A DNA stretch of 64,000 nucleotides from an uncultured Acidobacteriaceae bacterium (GTDB lineage: Bacteria > Acidobacteriota > Terriglobia > Bryobacterales > Bryobacteraceae): assembly GCA_963730775.1 (NCBI GenBank), contig CAVSTI010000029.1:583265-647264 (forward strand), in the 5' to 3' direction. Shown in pieces: positions 50,619 through 61,994 of the stretch (its first letter is position 1; every line of letters starts with the position of its first letter). Made by a program: the position numbers and the translations under genes. Under the pieces are notes generated by a model that saw nothing but the letters and a program-made list of their open reading frames with translations, was not told where the DNA came from and ran no database searches.

Positions 50619-51427
50619 TTACTTGGATAAAGTTTGGAAAAGATAAGCGCAGCGACAAACACGGAATTGTAAGCTCCGTGCATGACGGTGCAAGGAATGA
50701 TGGAATTGGAACGCACCCGCACCCAGCCGAGCACGAGCCCGACGAGAGAAACGGCGACGGCATACTGCCAGGCGAATGAGTACTCAGGCGCATGCAGGGA
50801 TCCGAAAACAACCGCAGTGATCACCACGCCCGCGATGATGCCGAGCGACCGGGTGAGCAACGGCTGAAGGAAACCTCGAAAGACTAGCTCTTCAAAGAAC
50901 GGAGCCAGTGTTATGGCCATGAGACCGAACCCGGTCAGCAAGACGGGAGAGTTCATGAGGCTTTCAACGGGCGAGGGCACCTTCGGTGTGTGAATCAAAG
51001 CCGCCAATCCGGCAACGATAAAGGCCAGCATGATTCCGCCGAGCGCAACAAATAGAAGATTGAACCTGGCTGGACACCAGCCGAGAGAGGTCAGGACCGG
51101 CTTGCCGTGGCGGAGCCCCAAAACGAGGCGAAAGCTGATATACACGGCCCCGTAAAGGGCGATCTGGGTTGGGAGCAGTAACTGGGCCTGGTCCTGCCGC
51201 AGAGAAGGAAGCGCGAGCACAAGCCCGGCTGCCGCAAGGAGGATGACCGCAACGAAGGCCAATAACAAACCGAAGACCAGCGCCAGATCCGCGTAGCCCC
51301 AAAAGGGCCTTCTCTCTGGAACCAGTGGTTCCGAGACGACGAATGATTCCGGGACCGACGCTTCGGGCACCGGATCTTCGATCGGAGCCGGTTCCATCGG
51401 TATGAGGTCGTCGCTCTCAGGCGGCAT
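50615..51427 (-). CDS. CPBP-family intramembrane glutamic endopeptidase (CAAX protease/Abi-like)
   Basis: Motif 1 [12 protein letters not shown], motif 2 [10 protein letters not shown] and motif 3 VMHGAYNSV are present in a polytopic membrane protein. Confidence 0.85.
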   Translation of the reverse strand: MPPESDDLIPMEPAPIEDPVPEASVPESFVVSEPLVPERRPFWGYADLALVFGLLLAFVAVILLAAAGLVLALPSLRQDQAQLLLPTQIALYGAVYISFRLVLGLRHGKPVLTSLGWCPARFNLLFVALGGIMLAFIVAGLAALIHTPKVPSPVESLMNSPVLLTGFGLMAITLAPFFEELVFRGFLQPLLTRSLGIIAGVVITAVVFGSLHAPEYSFAWQYAVAVSLVGLVLGWVRVRSNSIIPCTVMHGAYNSVFVAALIFSKLYPSK

Positions 51428-54176
51428 GTCCGGCTCCCACGACTTTCCGAAGCGCTTTGGACGTGTGACTCCGCGGGTTTCGCATCAACTCTTCGGGAGT
51501 GCCCACGCCCACGATTTGTCCACCGGCTTCGCCGCCTTCCGGTCCCAGGTCGATCAGGTAGTCGGCGCTCTTGATGACGTCCAGATTGTGTTCGATGACA
51601 AGCACCGTATTTCCCAGATCAACGAGACGCTGCAAAACTGCAAGGAGATGGCGCACGTCCTCGAAGTGGAGGCCTGTTGTGGGCTCGTCCAGGAGATAGA
51701 ACGTACGGCCCGTTTGCCGTTTGCTCAGCTCTTTCGCCAGTTTGATTCGCTGCGCTTCGCCACCCGACAGCGTGGTCGAGGATTGCCCGAGGTGAATGTA
51801 GCCGAGCCCGACATCCGCCAGTGTCTCCAACTTGACCCGGATTTGCGGAATGTTCTCCAGCATCTCGAGCGCTTCATCGACGGTCGACTCCAGCAGATCG
51901 GCGATGCTCTTGCCTTTGTACTTTACCTGGAGAGTCTCCAGGTTATACCGCCGTCCCCGGCACACGTCGCACGTGACATACACGTCGGGGAGGAAGTTCA
52001 TCTCGATGCGTTTGAGGCCGTCACCCTGGCATGCCTCACAACGGCCGCCCTTGACGTTGAAACTGAAGCGTCCGGCCTTGTAGCCGCGCTCGCGCGATTC
52101 GGGCAGCATCGCGTAGATGTCCCTTATCAGCGAGAAAACTCCGGTGTACGTGGCCGGGTTCGAGCGCGGTGTTCGTCCGATCGGGGATTGATCAATCTCG
52201 ACCACCTTGTCGAGGTTGTTCAAGCCCGAAAGCGACGTGTGCAATCCGGGTTCTTCTCTCGACCCGTAGATCTCTTTGGCAAGCGCACGGTAGAGGATGT
52301 CGTGAACCAGGGTAGACTTTCCACTTCCCGATACGCCCGTGACAACGGTCAGCGTGCCAAGCGGAAAATCGACGTCTACGTTTTTCAGATTGTGCTCTCT
52401 CGCCCCTCGCAGAGAAAGCTTCAAGCCATTACCGGCTCGCCTTACGGGCGGTGTGGAGATCGCCAGTTTTCCCGAAAGGTATTGGCCGGTAAGAGATTTC
52501 GGAGCCGCCATGACTTGGGACGGGCTGCCTTGGGCGATCAGTTCCCCGCCGAGGCGTCCCGCGTAGGGACCCAAATCGATGACGTAGTCGGCTCGTTCGA
52601 TGGTCTCCGCATCGTGTTCAACGACGAGCACGGTGTTTCCTAAATCGCGAAGATGGTGAAGGGTGTCGAGCAGGCGCTCATTGTCTCGCGCGTGCAGTCC
52701 GATGGAGGGTTCATCGAGAACATAGAGCACGCCGCGAAGCTTCGAGCCGATCTGGGTAGCCAAGCGGATTCGTTGTGCTTCGCCGCCCGAGAGCGTGGCC
52801 GATGAACGCGACAAGCTCAGATAATCCAAACCCACCGCGCAGAGAAACTCCAGGCGGTTTCGGATCTCTTCCACCACCCGACCGACAACCTGCAGCTCTC
52901 GCGGGGAAAACTGCCATTCCTTCACGATGGGAAGCGCGCGGGCGATGGACATCTCGACGAAGTCAGCGACCGACAGGCTCTTCACCGTCACGGCAAGACT
53001 CGAAGGCTTTAAGCGACGCCCGTGACAATCGGGACACGTCGTCGGCGACATGTACTCCATGAGCCACTCACGGTATCCTTCGCTCGCCCGGTCGTAGTTC
53101 TCCTTCAGCACGCCGAGAATGCCCGGAAATTCGGCATTCCCCTGGATCAGCAGGTTACGAGTGCGCTTCGGAAGTTCATCGAAGGGCACCGAGAGATCGA
53201 TTTTCAACTTTACGGCCGCCTCGGTGAGCGCCGAAATCATGTAGGACGAACTTGAGCCGGGTCCAAGACCGCCATCGAGAAGCGGCTTTGAGGGATCGGT
53301 AATTACTTTCGCCTGATCGAAGGCCCATTTGCTTCCCACGCCATTGCAGGTTTCGCAAGCGCCGTAAGGACTGTTGAACGAGAACGACCTTGGCTCGAGT
53401 TGCGGAATGCTCGTGCCATCGTTCGGGCAGGCCAGCTTCTCCGAGTACAGTGTTTCATCGCCATCGACGACGGCGATGATGACCAGCCCGTCTGCCCACT
53501 TCACCGCGGTTTTGATGGAATTCTCAAGCCGCTGTTCGATGCCAGGCTTGATGACCAGCCGGTCGATAACCACCTCGATCGTATGGTTCTTTCTTTTGTC
53601 CAGCCGCACGGGCTCGTCGAACGTGCGCATCTCGCCATCGACGCGGGCGCGGAAACCGGCTTTCGCGATGGCTTCGATTTCTTTCTTGTATTCGCCTTTG
53701 CGCCCACGCGCAATGGGCGCCATCACCATGATCCGTTCGCCCCCATGCTGCGCGATGACCTGTTCCAGGATCTGATTCGCCGTTTGCCGGGCAATTTCCG
53801 CCCCGCAGAGGGGGCAATGCGGTATGCCCACCGAAGCATAGAGCAGGCGCAGATAATCGTAGATCTCGGTGACGGTACCGACGGTCGAGCGCGGGCTACG
53901 GGTGGTTGTTTTCTGCTCGATGGAAATGGCGGGGCTGAGGCCGTCGATGGAATCCACCTCCGGACGTTCCATCTGATCGAGAAACTGGCGGGCGTAGGGA
54001 GAAAGAGTTTCGACGTAGCGCCGCTGGCCTTCGGCGTAGATGGTGTCGAACGCCAAAGAGCTTTTCCCCGAACCGCTTAAACCGGTGATCACGGTAAATG
54101 TGTTCCGCGGGATGTCGACGCTAATGTTCTTCAGGTTATGTTGGCGTGCGCCATGCACGGAGATACGTTCGAGCAT
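51417..54176 (-). CDS. uvrA: Excinuclease ABC subunit A
   Basis: [56 protein letters not shown]... is present, with two Walker A sites ([16 protein letters not shown]), Zn-finger CxxC pairs and LSGGEAQR signatures. The 919-aa frame is intact. Confidence 0.97.
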   Translation of the reverse strand: MLERISVHGARQHNLKNISVDIPRNTFTVITGLSGSGKSSLAFDTIYAEGQRRYVETLSPYARQFLDQMERPEVDSIDGLSPAISIEQKTTTRSPRSTVGTVTEIYDYLRLLYASVGIPHCPLCGAEIARQTANQILEQVIAQHGGERIMVMAPIARGRKGEYKKEIEAIAKAGFRARVDGEMRTFDEPVRLDKRKNHTIEVVIDRLVIKPGIEQRLENSIKTAVKWADGLVIIAVVDGDETLYSEKLACPNDGTSIPQLEPRSFSFNSPYGACETCNGVGSKWAFDQAKVITDPSKPLLDGGLGPGSSSSYMISALTEAAVKLKIDLSVPFDELPKRTRNLLIQGNAEFPGILGVLKENYDRASEGYREWLMEYMSPTTCPDCHGRRLKPSSLAVTVKSLSVADFVEMSIARALPIVKEWQFSPRELQVVGRVVEEIRNRLEFLCAVGLDYLSLSRSSATLSGGEAQRIRLATQIGSKLRGVLYVLDEPSIGLHARDNERLLDTLHHLRDLGNTVLVVEHDAETIERADYVIDLGPYAGRLGGELIAQGSPSQVMAAPKSLTGQYLSGKLAISTPPVRRAGNGLKLSLRGAREHNLKNVDVDFPLGTLTVVTGVSGSGKSTLVHDILYRALAKEIYGSREEPGLHTSLSGLNNLDKVVEIDQSPIGRTPRSNPATYTGVFSLIRDIYAMLPESRERGYKAGRFSFNVKGGRCEACQGDGLKRIEMNFLPDVYVTCDVCRGRRYNLETLQVKYKGKSIADLLESTVDEALEMLENIPQIRVKLETLADVGLGYIHLGQSSTTLSGGEAQRIKLAKELSKRQTGRTFYLLDEPTTGLHFEDVRHLLAVLQRLVDLGNTVLVIEHNLDVIKSADYLIDLGPEGGEAGGQIVGVGTPEELMRNPRSHTSKALRKVVGAGHAA

Positions 54177-54293
54177 TAAATGGAAGCTACTTCTATTGTC
54201 AACCAGTGTTGTTTTCGTTTAGATTTCAACATTGGCGCACCCGGCGGACCGAGGTACTAGAAAGCTACTGGAAGCTACACTGAAGCAAGGCTG

Positions 54294-55253
54294 ATGGCTA
54301 AACACTTCAGAGATCTCTCTGAACAGGAGATCCTGGCGCTCGCGATCGCTCTCGAGGACGAGGATAGCCGCATTTACGGTGAATTCGCCGAAGGTCTCAC
54401 GGAAAGCTATCCTTCCACCGCCAAACTACTTCGTGAGATGCAGCGCGAGGAAGAAGAGCATCGGTCAAGTTTGACGGCGCTCTACCGTTCCCGATTCGGG
54501 GACCGCGTGCCGCTTATCCGGCGGCAGGACATTCGCGGGTTTGTTTCTCGTCCGCCGGTCTGGCTGATTGAGCCGATCGGACCCAAGATGGTTCGGCGGG
54601 CCGTGCTTTCGATGGAATCCGAGACCCGTGAATTCTACGATGCGGCGCTCAAAAAGATCACGGATCCGGCTACACGGAAGCTGCTTTCGGACCTGGCCGA
54701 AGCGGAGCTGAAACACACGGCGACCGCGGAAACGGTAGAAAAGCAATACATTACGCCCGAAACGCAGACCGTTGAAGCAACGGCGCAACGGCGAGCTTTC
54801 GTGCTCCAGTTCGTGCAACCGGGGCTGGCCGGATTAATGGACGGCTCAGTCTCCACGCTGGCTCCGCTGTTTGCCGCTGCCTTTGCTACACACCAGAGCT
54901 CGGACGCGTTCCGCGTGGGGCTTGCGGCCTCAATTGGAGCGGGCATTTCGATGGCGTTTGCGGAAGCGCTTTCGGATGACGGTTCGCTGACGGGCCGCGG
55001 ACGCCCGGTCGTGCGAGGCCTTGTGACGGGCGCTATGACAACAGTCGGCGGAATTGGGCATACGATGCCCTATCTGATTTCGACTTTTCACCTGGCTACA
55101 ACGGTCGCGATCGTGGTAGTTGTTCTGGAATTAGCCATAATCAGCTGGGTCCGCAATCATTACATGGAAACGCCACTGTTCCGGGCCGCCTTGCAGGTTG
55201 TTCTGGGAGGTGCGCTGGTGTTCGCAGCCGGTATCTGGATTGGAAGTGCGTAA
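54294..55253 (+). CDS. mbfA: Erythrin-VIT1 fusion protein (membrane-bound ferritin-like iron exporter, MbfA-type)
   Basis: The N-terminal ferritin-like/rubrerythrin helices (LSEQEILALAIALEDEDSRIYGEFAE...EEEEHRSSL, LAEAELKH) are followed by VIT1/CCC1-like TM helices. Confidence 0.75.
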   Translation: MAKHFRDLSEQEILALAIALEDEDSRIYGEFAEGLTESYPSTAKLLREMQREEEEHRSSLTALYRSRFGDRVPLIRRQDIRGFVSRPPVWLIEPIGPKMVRRAVLSMESETREFYDAALKKITDPATRKLLSDLAEAELKHTATAETVEKQYITPETQTVEATAQRRAFVLQFVQPGLAGLMDGSVSTLAPLFAAAFATHQSSDAFRVGLAASIGAGISMAFAEALSDDGSLTGRGRPVVRGLVTGAMTTVGGIGHTMPYLISTFHLATTVAIVVVVLELAIISWVRNHYMETPLFRAALQVVLGGALVFAAGIWIGSA

Positions 55254-55256
55254 GAA

Positions 55257-55643
55257 ATGATCGAATACGAAACGGCGAGCGCCGAAGTCCGCGCGGTCTT
55301 CGACGACATCATGGCGACGCGGAAGGTGGATTCAGTCAACAACTTCTGGAAAGCTCTGGCAGTTCATCCGCCGACGCTCCGGCGTACCTGGGAGAGCCTT
55401 AAAGAAGTGATGGCGCCGGGCGCGCTGGATCCTCTCGTGAAAGAGATGATCTACCTGGCCGTGAGCGCGACTAATCAATGCCAGTACTGCATGGCGTCAC
55501 ATACCGCCGGTGCGCGGAACAAAGGCATGACGGACGAGATGTTCGGCGAACTGATGGCCGTAATCGGGATGGCGAACCAGACGAACGCCCTGGCGGTGGG
55601 TTTCCGAGTTCCGGTGGATGAACAGTTCAAGGCGGCGTCGTAA
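55257..55643 (+). CDS. Carboxymuconolactone decarboxylase (AhpD-like) family protein
   Basis: LKEMIYLAVSATNQCQYCMASHT carries the CxxC motif of the AhpD-like CMD fold. Confidence 0.8.
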   Translation: MIEYETASAEVRAVFDDIMATRKVDSVNNFWKALAVHPPTLRRTWESLKEVMAPGALDPLVKEMIYLAVSATNQCQYCMASHTAGARNKGMTDEMFGELMAVIGMANQTNALAVGFRVPVDEQFKAAS

Positions 55644-55661
55644 GCGGAACGGGCTACAGCC

Positions 55662-56120
55662 GTGAGTAGCCAGCGCACAATGCCGGGCGGCCGGGTGGAT
55701 CGCAGCTCGGTTCCCAAAGGCGAAAATGGCCGGGGCATCTGCCGCTGGTGCAACCTGGAAGTTCCCGAGGGGCGCTGGACGTTCTGTTCCGAGTGGTGCG
55801 TGGAAGAGTGGCGGCTCCGTACCGATCCCGGTCACCTGCGTCAGCGAGTATTTGAACGCGACAAAGGGATTTGCTCAGCATGCGGCTTGAACTGTATCGC
55901 TGAGTTCTCCCGGCTGCGTCGGCTAAGAGGCGCTGCGCGCCAACGCGCCATCGCAGAGTGGCAGATCGGACGGCGCAAATCGATCTGGGACGCCGATCAT
56001 ATCGTCCCGGTGGCGGAAGGCGGCGGCGAATGCGACCTTTCCAACCTTCGGACCTTATGTTTGAGGTGCCACCGGGTATGCACGGCACAGCTTCGATCGC
56101 GGCTCGCGAGAAGCAAATGA
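55662..56120 (+). CDS. Stand-alone HNH endonuclease
   Basis: Cys pairs (CRWC, CSEWC, CSACG) precede DADHIVPVAEGGGECDLSNLRTLCLRCH, the HNH core. Confidence 0.8.
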   Translation: MSSQRTMPGGRVDRSSVPKGENGRGICRWCNLEVPEGRWTFCSEWCVEEWRLRTDPGHLRQRVFERDKGICSACGLNCIAEFSRLRRLRGAARQRAIAEWQIGRRKSIWDADHIVPVAEGGGECDLSNLRTLCLRCHRVCTAQLRSRLARSK

Positions 56121-56136
56121 ACCCGGAACGAGACAG

Positions 56137-57676
56137 CTAGGCCGATTGGGCCTGAGTTCGCTGAATTGTCATGCCGCGGCCATAGACCTCTTTAAAGGCG
56201 CGCAACGCTTCGCTTGCAGCCCAGAGTTCCAGGCTCGGCTCGTCTGCGGCAGATACCAGAAGCTGAAGGTTGGGGTCCTTTATCTTTAGCGACAGGTCTT
56301 TGACCTTTTGCTCGTGACTGCGATCCAGGCTATCGGCTAATCGCAAGAGGGGCGTAAGGTAGGTTACGACCCGCTTCGATTCAGCGTCGAGTTCCTCGAA
56401 AAACGTCTTCTTCGGCTGAGGCAAGGCTTTCCGGTGAAAGCGGCAGAGCGCCGCGACCGCAAGTTTTTCGCGATTAGTGAAATCCTGGAAGGTCGGAGTT
56501 GGCCACGAGATAGGCGGAGTGCTTATGGTGGCCGGTTCCGCTGACGAAATGCCCGACGTCATGGACCAGCGCCGCCGCCTCCAGAAGCTTACCTGCCGGC
56601 GGAGGCAGGCGGTGAACAGGCTGAAGGATATCGAAAAGCCGGCCCGCCAAAAATGCGACCTGGCGAGCGTGATTCATGTTTAGCGCGTACTTCTCGCCAA
56701 GGGCTTCAACTTCCGCGCGCTCGTCGGCGGAAAGGCGGCTTGCTTCGAGTCCGACACCCCGGGCCGCGAGATCCGCGATGATGCCGTCCCGAACGCCCGC
56801 CGAGCAATAAAACAAAGCCGGGTGTTGAAATCGTTCCAGTGTTCGAAGGAATACGGCCGCACCCGCAACGATAATCTCAGCGCGTCGCGGCCCGACGCCC
56901 ACCATTTTCTTTCGCTGCGCCAGACTGCTGCCCGCGATGCCGGAATAGAAGGCACGCAGGTCGCGGGTGGAGGCTCGAACACGGTCGGCTTCATCACGCT
57001 TCGTTCGAGGGATCTGGTTGACTGCACAGACAAGGGCCGCGGCGGACGCCGACGTGCCAATAGCACGGTCGAACTTCTTGTCGGCGTGTTCCTGGCAGAA
57101 GGGTTGTAGCTTTTCAGCAATAAATGCGTCGAGACGCTGGAGATCGGCCGGCGTCGGCGGATCGTTCTTCAGGAACATCTCGGTCAGTCGAACTGCGCCC
57201 AGGGGCTTCGACACGGCATCGATGATTTCTGATCCGCGGCTGATGATCAGCTCGGCGCTCCCGCCGCCCACGTCGATCGTGAGCGTGAGCTCTTTGGGCC
57301 TGGGCCACCGCGACTCAACGCCAAGATGGATCAGCCGGGCTTCCTCCGGCCCCGAGATGATTTCCACATTGGTACCGAGAACCGTACTAGTTTTCTGCAG
57401 GAAGTCTTTTTGGTTGCTAGCGTCGCGCACTGCGCTCGTAGCTACAGCCCGGACACCCGCCACATCCAGGCGTGCATACGTTCCAGCCATGCGTGACAGG
57501 GTGGCAAGAAGGAACTGGAGCGCCTCCGCGCTGATTGTGCCTGACCGGAAGACGCTCTCCCCAAGCCTGGTTACTTCCCGATCTGCTGCCAGTATCCTGG
57601 TTTGCCCACCAGTCACTTCTGCCGCCAACATGCGCACAGAATTACTACCTATATCGACCGCGGCGTATCGAGGCAT
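56137..57676 (-). CDS. ppx: Ppx/GppA-family exopolyphosphatase / guanosine pentaphosphate phosphohydrolase; one frameshift near 56482
   Basis: MPRYAAVDIGSNSVRMLAAEV..., TIDVGGGSAELI and the HD-like VHDVGHFVSGTGHHKHSAYLVANSDLPGF are present. The text then continues as TNREKLAVAALCRFHRK... in ORF 56137-56562. Confidence 0.85.
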
Positions 57677-57814
57677 CGTTGCCTTTATAGTAGGCGGAGA
57701 CCTCGCAATGTGAAGCCCGCCGTTAAACTAGATAGTAGTCATGCATGCTTTCTCTGAGCGGGGGGACAACCCTGCCCTTTTTTCAGCCGGTGGAACTTTG
57801 TTGTTTGGGAAGGC

Positions 57815-58873
57815 ATGAAGTTTCTTCTCGAACCTGTTAGCAGCAAATATCGAAACTGGATGCTTCGCTGGGAAAACCAGCTCTGCTTTCGCTCCACAGA
57901 CCGGATTGCACGGCCATTTGAATACGGCATTGAATGGAGCCGAAATTGGCCCTTCGCGCAAGAGTGCATGGAGAGCGCGGAAAGCGAAGAAGATTTCATT
58001 CTTCGGTTGAACCAAAGAGCCATTGAGGGCCGCGAGGAATTCTTCGCGTACAAGCCTCCAACGGAATTTAAGCTCGAAGACAACTGGCTGACATTTCAGT
58101 CTCCGGTTAGCACGCCCTACGAAGAAAACAACAAGGTACACGGACTCTGGTTTCCGGCAAATAACGGCAACGGGAAAGCGGTGGTAGTTTTACCGCATTG
58201 GAACTCGAAGCTGCCGCAACAAAATGCGTTATGTGCCGGCCTGCAACGGCTTGGCATCAGCGCCCTGCGGATGAGTCTGCCGTACCACGACGCGCGCATG
58301 CCCGCGGGCCTGGCTCGAGCGGACTATGCGATGTCGGCCAACATCTGCCGGACCATCGACGCAACCCGCCAGGCCGTGATCGACACTCGGGCCTGCTTTG
58401 ATTGGCTCGAGAGGCAAGGGTTTCACGATCTCGGAATGATCGGCACAAGCATCGGCTCCTGTTACGCGTTCCTTGCAAGCGCTCTTGACGACCGTATCAA
58501 GGTGAACGTGTTTCAACCACTGCTCGACCTACGTGGCCGACGTGGTCTGGGAGGGCTTGTCGACGCGGCATATACGGCAAAGCCTGAAGGGCGCCATTGA
58601 CCTCGACACGCTACGGGAGCTTTGGTGATGCATCAGCCCGCCCAGCTATTACGATCTCTACACGGCAGAAAGAAGCGCTCCAAGTTCATCTACACGCGCT
58701 TCGATACGACGTTTCCCGTGCATCTTTCGCGCCAGGTGATTGAGGGGGCCCGCCGGGGCCGATGGGACCACGCGGTAACCGTTTTTCCGTGCGGCCACTA
58801 CACCATGGGCGAATTTCCGTTCAAATACATGACGGGATACCAGATTTGTTCTTTTGTGAAGCGAAATTTGTAG
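57815..58873 (+). pseudogene. Alpha/beta-hydrolase-fold protein, frame broken at least twice (about 58510 and 58670) plus an in-frame TGA at 58626
   Basis: ORF 57815-58600 contains the nucleophile elbow GMIGTSIGSCYAF. The middle part is readable only in another frame (NHCSTYVADVVWEGLSTRHIRQSLKGAIDLDTLRELW). The end lies in ORF 58622-58873 (KRSKFIYTRFDTTFPVHLS...FPCGHYTMGEFPFK). Confidence 0.6.
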
Positions 58874-58899
58874 GGTCGAATCTCTAAAGGGATGAAGAA

Positions 58900-60395
58900 A
58901 TGAGTTGTCGCCGTCCAATTCACAAAGCTGTTCTATTGCCCAGTGTGCGTTTACCGCTCGCCGCTCCGGCATTCGCTCAACAGCAGGGCCAGGGCGCGGC
59001 TCCTCCCCAGCGACCGGTTATTTCAGTCGAGCCGACGATGCCTCCCCAGACAGGCGATCCTTCTTACAGAGGTAGCGTGCCGCAGGGACAGGCTTCCGCT
59101 ACGGCCATCCCGCTCAGTTTGGGGGAGGCGATTCGCCGCGGTTTGAAGGCTAACCTGGGATTACTCACAAGTGCGGAGGCAAGCCGGGAAAGCAGAGCGC
59201 AGCGACTTCGCGCTTTAAGCGCCTGTTTCCGAAAATTACCGGACAGGTCAGCGCGACCGAGCAACAGCTGAATCTGCAGGCATTGGGCTTCATTGTTTCG
59301 TTCCCGCCAAGCAGCGGATTCTCCATTCCGACGATCGTCGGGACCGTACGGCTATCAGACCGCGAAGGTCAAACGCCCAGATTTCGCTTGTTCGATTACA
59401 GCGCCATCAGCAACTTCAGAGCTTCGCGGGAAGAATATCAAGGCTGCCGCGCTTTCGGTCGCAAAATGCGCGGGACCTGGTGGCGCAAGCGGTAGGAAAC
59501 GCGTACCTGCAGATTATTGCGGACGGCGCCCGGATTACCGCGACACAGGCCGAGATTGATGCCGACACTGCGGTTTACACGAATGCTTCGCGCCGGCATG
59601 ATGCCGGTACCGCGATCGGCATCGACGTTCTTCGATCGCAAGTTGAACTAAAGCAGCGGCAACAGACCCTGATTGCAGTGAAGAACCAGTTCGAGAAGGA
59701 CAAGTTAACTCTTGGGCGCGTGATCGGGCTTGCCCGTCGGGCAGGATTTTACGGTGGCCGATCCGTCGCCTTCGGTTCCGCTCGAAAGCGATGAGCCTGA
59801 AGGACGCCTTGGCGAAGGCATATGAACATCGCGCGGATTATCAGGCTGCGAAGTCCCGGGTGGTTGCCGCTGAATTTACTCTGCGTGCCGCGAAAGCCGA
59901 GCGCTATCCGACCGTGACTGCGAATGGATACTACGGCGACGCAAGGCCTGCGGCTGTTTACCAACTCACATGGCGTGTTCAACGCCACTGGTGCCGTTCA
60001 ATTCAACATCTTCGATGGCGGACGAATCAAGAGCGACATTCTCGAAAGCGATTCCGAGTTGCAGAATCGGCGGAACGAGATGGAGAATCTGCGCGGCCAA
60101 GTCGATTACGAAGTGCGCAATGCGCTGCTTGACCTGACGTCGGCCAGTGCGCAGGTGGAAGTGGCAAAGAGCAACATCGAGCTGGCGGACCAGACACTCA
60201 AGCAAGGGCGGGACCGATTTGCTGCCGGAGTCACCAACACGGTTGAAGTGGTGCAGGCGCAACAGGCCGTGGCGGACGCGAACGAGAGCCTGATTTCGGC
60301 TCAATACCAATACAACGTCGCAAAGGTGGCGCTGGCTCGCGCGCTTGGGCTTAGCCGAAGAGAATATGGGCGTGTACTTCAACGCCAAGCCGTAA
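58900..60395 (+). pseudogene. TolC-like outer-membrane efflux protein (OMF family), frame broken at least 4 times
   Basis: The colinear pieces are 58900-59271 (signal peptide; LSLGEAIRRGLKANLGLL), 59283-59495, 59480-59794 (AVGNAYLQIIADGARITATQAEIDA...), 59791-60132 and 59924-60463 (...AQYQYNVAKVALARALG). The likely true end LAEENMGVYFNAKP with a TAA at 60393-60395 lies in yet another frame. Confidence 0.8.
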
Positions 60396-60408
60396 GATCG
60401 ACTGCTCG

Positions 60409-61992
60409 TCATTTGTCGATGACGAAATTTCCGGCAAACAGAGTATCGATTCCGGAGGAATAAAAGCTGCGCAGGGCATCGCGCGGCGTGCATACCAGCG
60501 GATCTCCAAACAGGTTGAAGCTGGTGTTGTAAAGCAGCGGCAGTCCGGTCGAACGTCCCGGCGGCCACCAGGAGGGAGTGGAACATCGGATTCTCTTCCC
60601 GCTGACCGTGTGCACGCGAACCAGATCGTCTTGCCCAGAGAGCGCTGCCGCTAAAGCGTCGCGATATTCCGGCCTGCACTTTGCCGACAGTGGCGAGATA
60701 ATGCGCATTTGGCCCCACTTCGAAGTACTTGTCCGCAAGTTCTGCCGGCACGGAGGCGGCGAATTTTCGGAACGCTCTCGCGGTGCTTGATGTAGACGTT
60801 CAGGTTCTCCGTGGAGTAGGGATTCTGCGGCGACGCGAGGATGCTGCGATTGCCTAGCGCTCGCGGACCGAATTCGGTCCTGCCCTGCATCCAGGCAACG
60901 ACTTTGAAGTCGTTGAGGGCCTGGACTGCCCGATCGATAAGTTCGCCCTCCGTCGGTATAAACAGAAACCGCAGCTTGCAGTTTTCGAGCACCTGTTTCA
61001 CTTGCTGGGGCGAGTACGATGCGCCCAGGCAAAGAGTCCGGAAGGGGATTCGCTGCGTTTGGCCGTAGTGGTTATGCCAGGCATAAAGAGCAGCGCCGAG
61101 CGAAGTGCCTGCGTTTCCTCCCACGGGTTGCACGTGAACTCGTGCGAAGTTTCGTTCGAGCGCTCGCACCAGCAGGCTATTGAGCGCCAGGCCGCCGGCG
61201 ATGCAGACGTTCTCGGCATCGCCCAGCATTCTGACTACGGCTTCCTCAACGGCCGTCTGAAGACTCGCCGCCATATCCGCCTTTGCTTCTTCGGAAAGCG
61301 GCTGGTAAGGGGCAAGGCCACACTCGTCATAGAAGCGTCTGCTGAAGCCGCCCTGCGTCAACTCATCGGCGTCGAGATAACTGCGGTCGAAACGCGGCCA
61401 AGCCGATTCATTCCAATGGAGAATTTTGCGGAAGGTCGCGAGATAGGCCGGCTGTCCCAGAGTCGAAAGCCATTGCACTTTGTGCTCGTCGCCGCGCGGG
61501 TCGAAGCCGATCAGCTCTGTTACCCGGTTAAACAGATCGCCGAAGGAATCAGGAAAATACATCTCCCGAACGAGGCCTCATCTGATTGGCGACAGCCTGG
61601 TAGAGGACAGCGGAGCGATAGTCGCCCGCCCGATCGATGCTGAGCACGGGCGCGATCTCGAAGGGCGAAGTGTAGTAGGCCGAAGCCGCGTGCGCATGAT
61701 GGTGTTCCACAACGACGATGTCGCTTTGTGGGAAGCGCGCGCGCAGTGCCAGTTGGGCTGCGCTCTCGGACGTGGTTGCGAACCGGCGTGCAACGGCAAC
61801 GCAGTCGATCTCATCGAGCTTAATTCCGGCAATCTCGAGCGCACCAGCGAAAGCTTCTTCCGGAAAAGTTTCCGGCCGGTCGTGGCGCGAGACCTTCTTC
61901 TGCTCGACTGCCGAAACCAGCTCTCCATCTTTGACTACACAGCAGGCGGGATCGCTGAGCAATCCGCCCAAGCCCACAATCGTTTTCGACAT
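60409..61992 (-). pseudogene. Carbamoyltransferase (NodU/CmcH family), frame broken at least 3 times
   Basis: The N-terminus lies in ORF 61549-61992 (...VVVEHHHAHAASAYY...). The middle lies in 60651-61562 (VCIAGGLALNSLLV...VQPVGGNAGTSLGAALYAWH). The C-terminus lies in 60409-61032 (...NTSFNLFGDPLVCTPRDALRSFYSSGIDTLFAGNFVIDK). Confidence 0.8.
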
Positions 61993-61994
61993 GC

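Noticed and set aside
51402-52643. 413-aa ORF antisense to uvrA
   Set aside because: uvrA is unambiguous and intact on the other strand. The antisense product has no motif and shows the typical mirror-frame composition of high-GC genes.
55662-56120. HNH endonuclease as the seed of a defence or restriction island
   Set aside because: Its neighbours are an AhpD-like protein, mbfA and ppx. No methyltransferase, helicase, ATPase or other defence-type partner is adjacent. Small stand-alone HNH genes of this type are common chromosomal genes.
58626-58628. In-frame TGA in the alpha/beta-hydrolase gene as a possible selenocysteine or recoding site
   Set aside because: The gene has several other frame breaks within 150 nt. 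There is no Cys/Sec-type active-site context and I see no SECIS-like hairpin. It is most likely part of the same damage or error.
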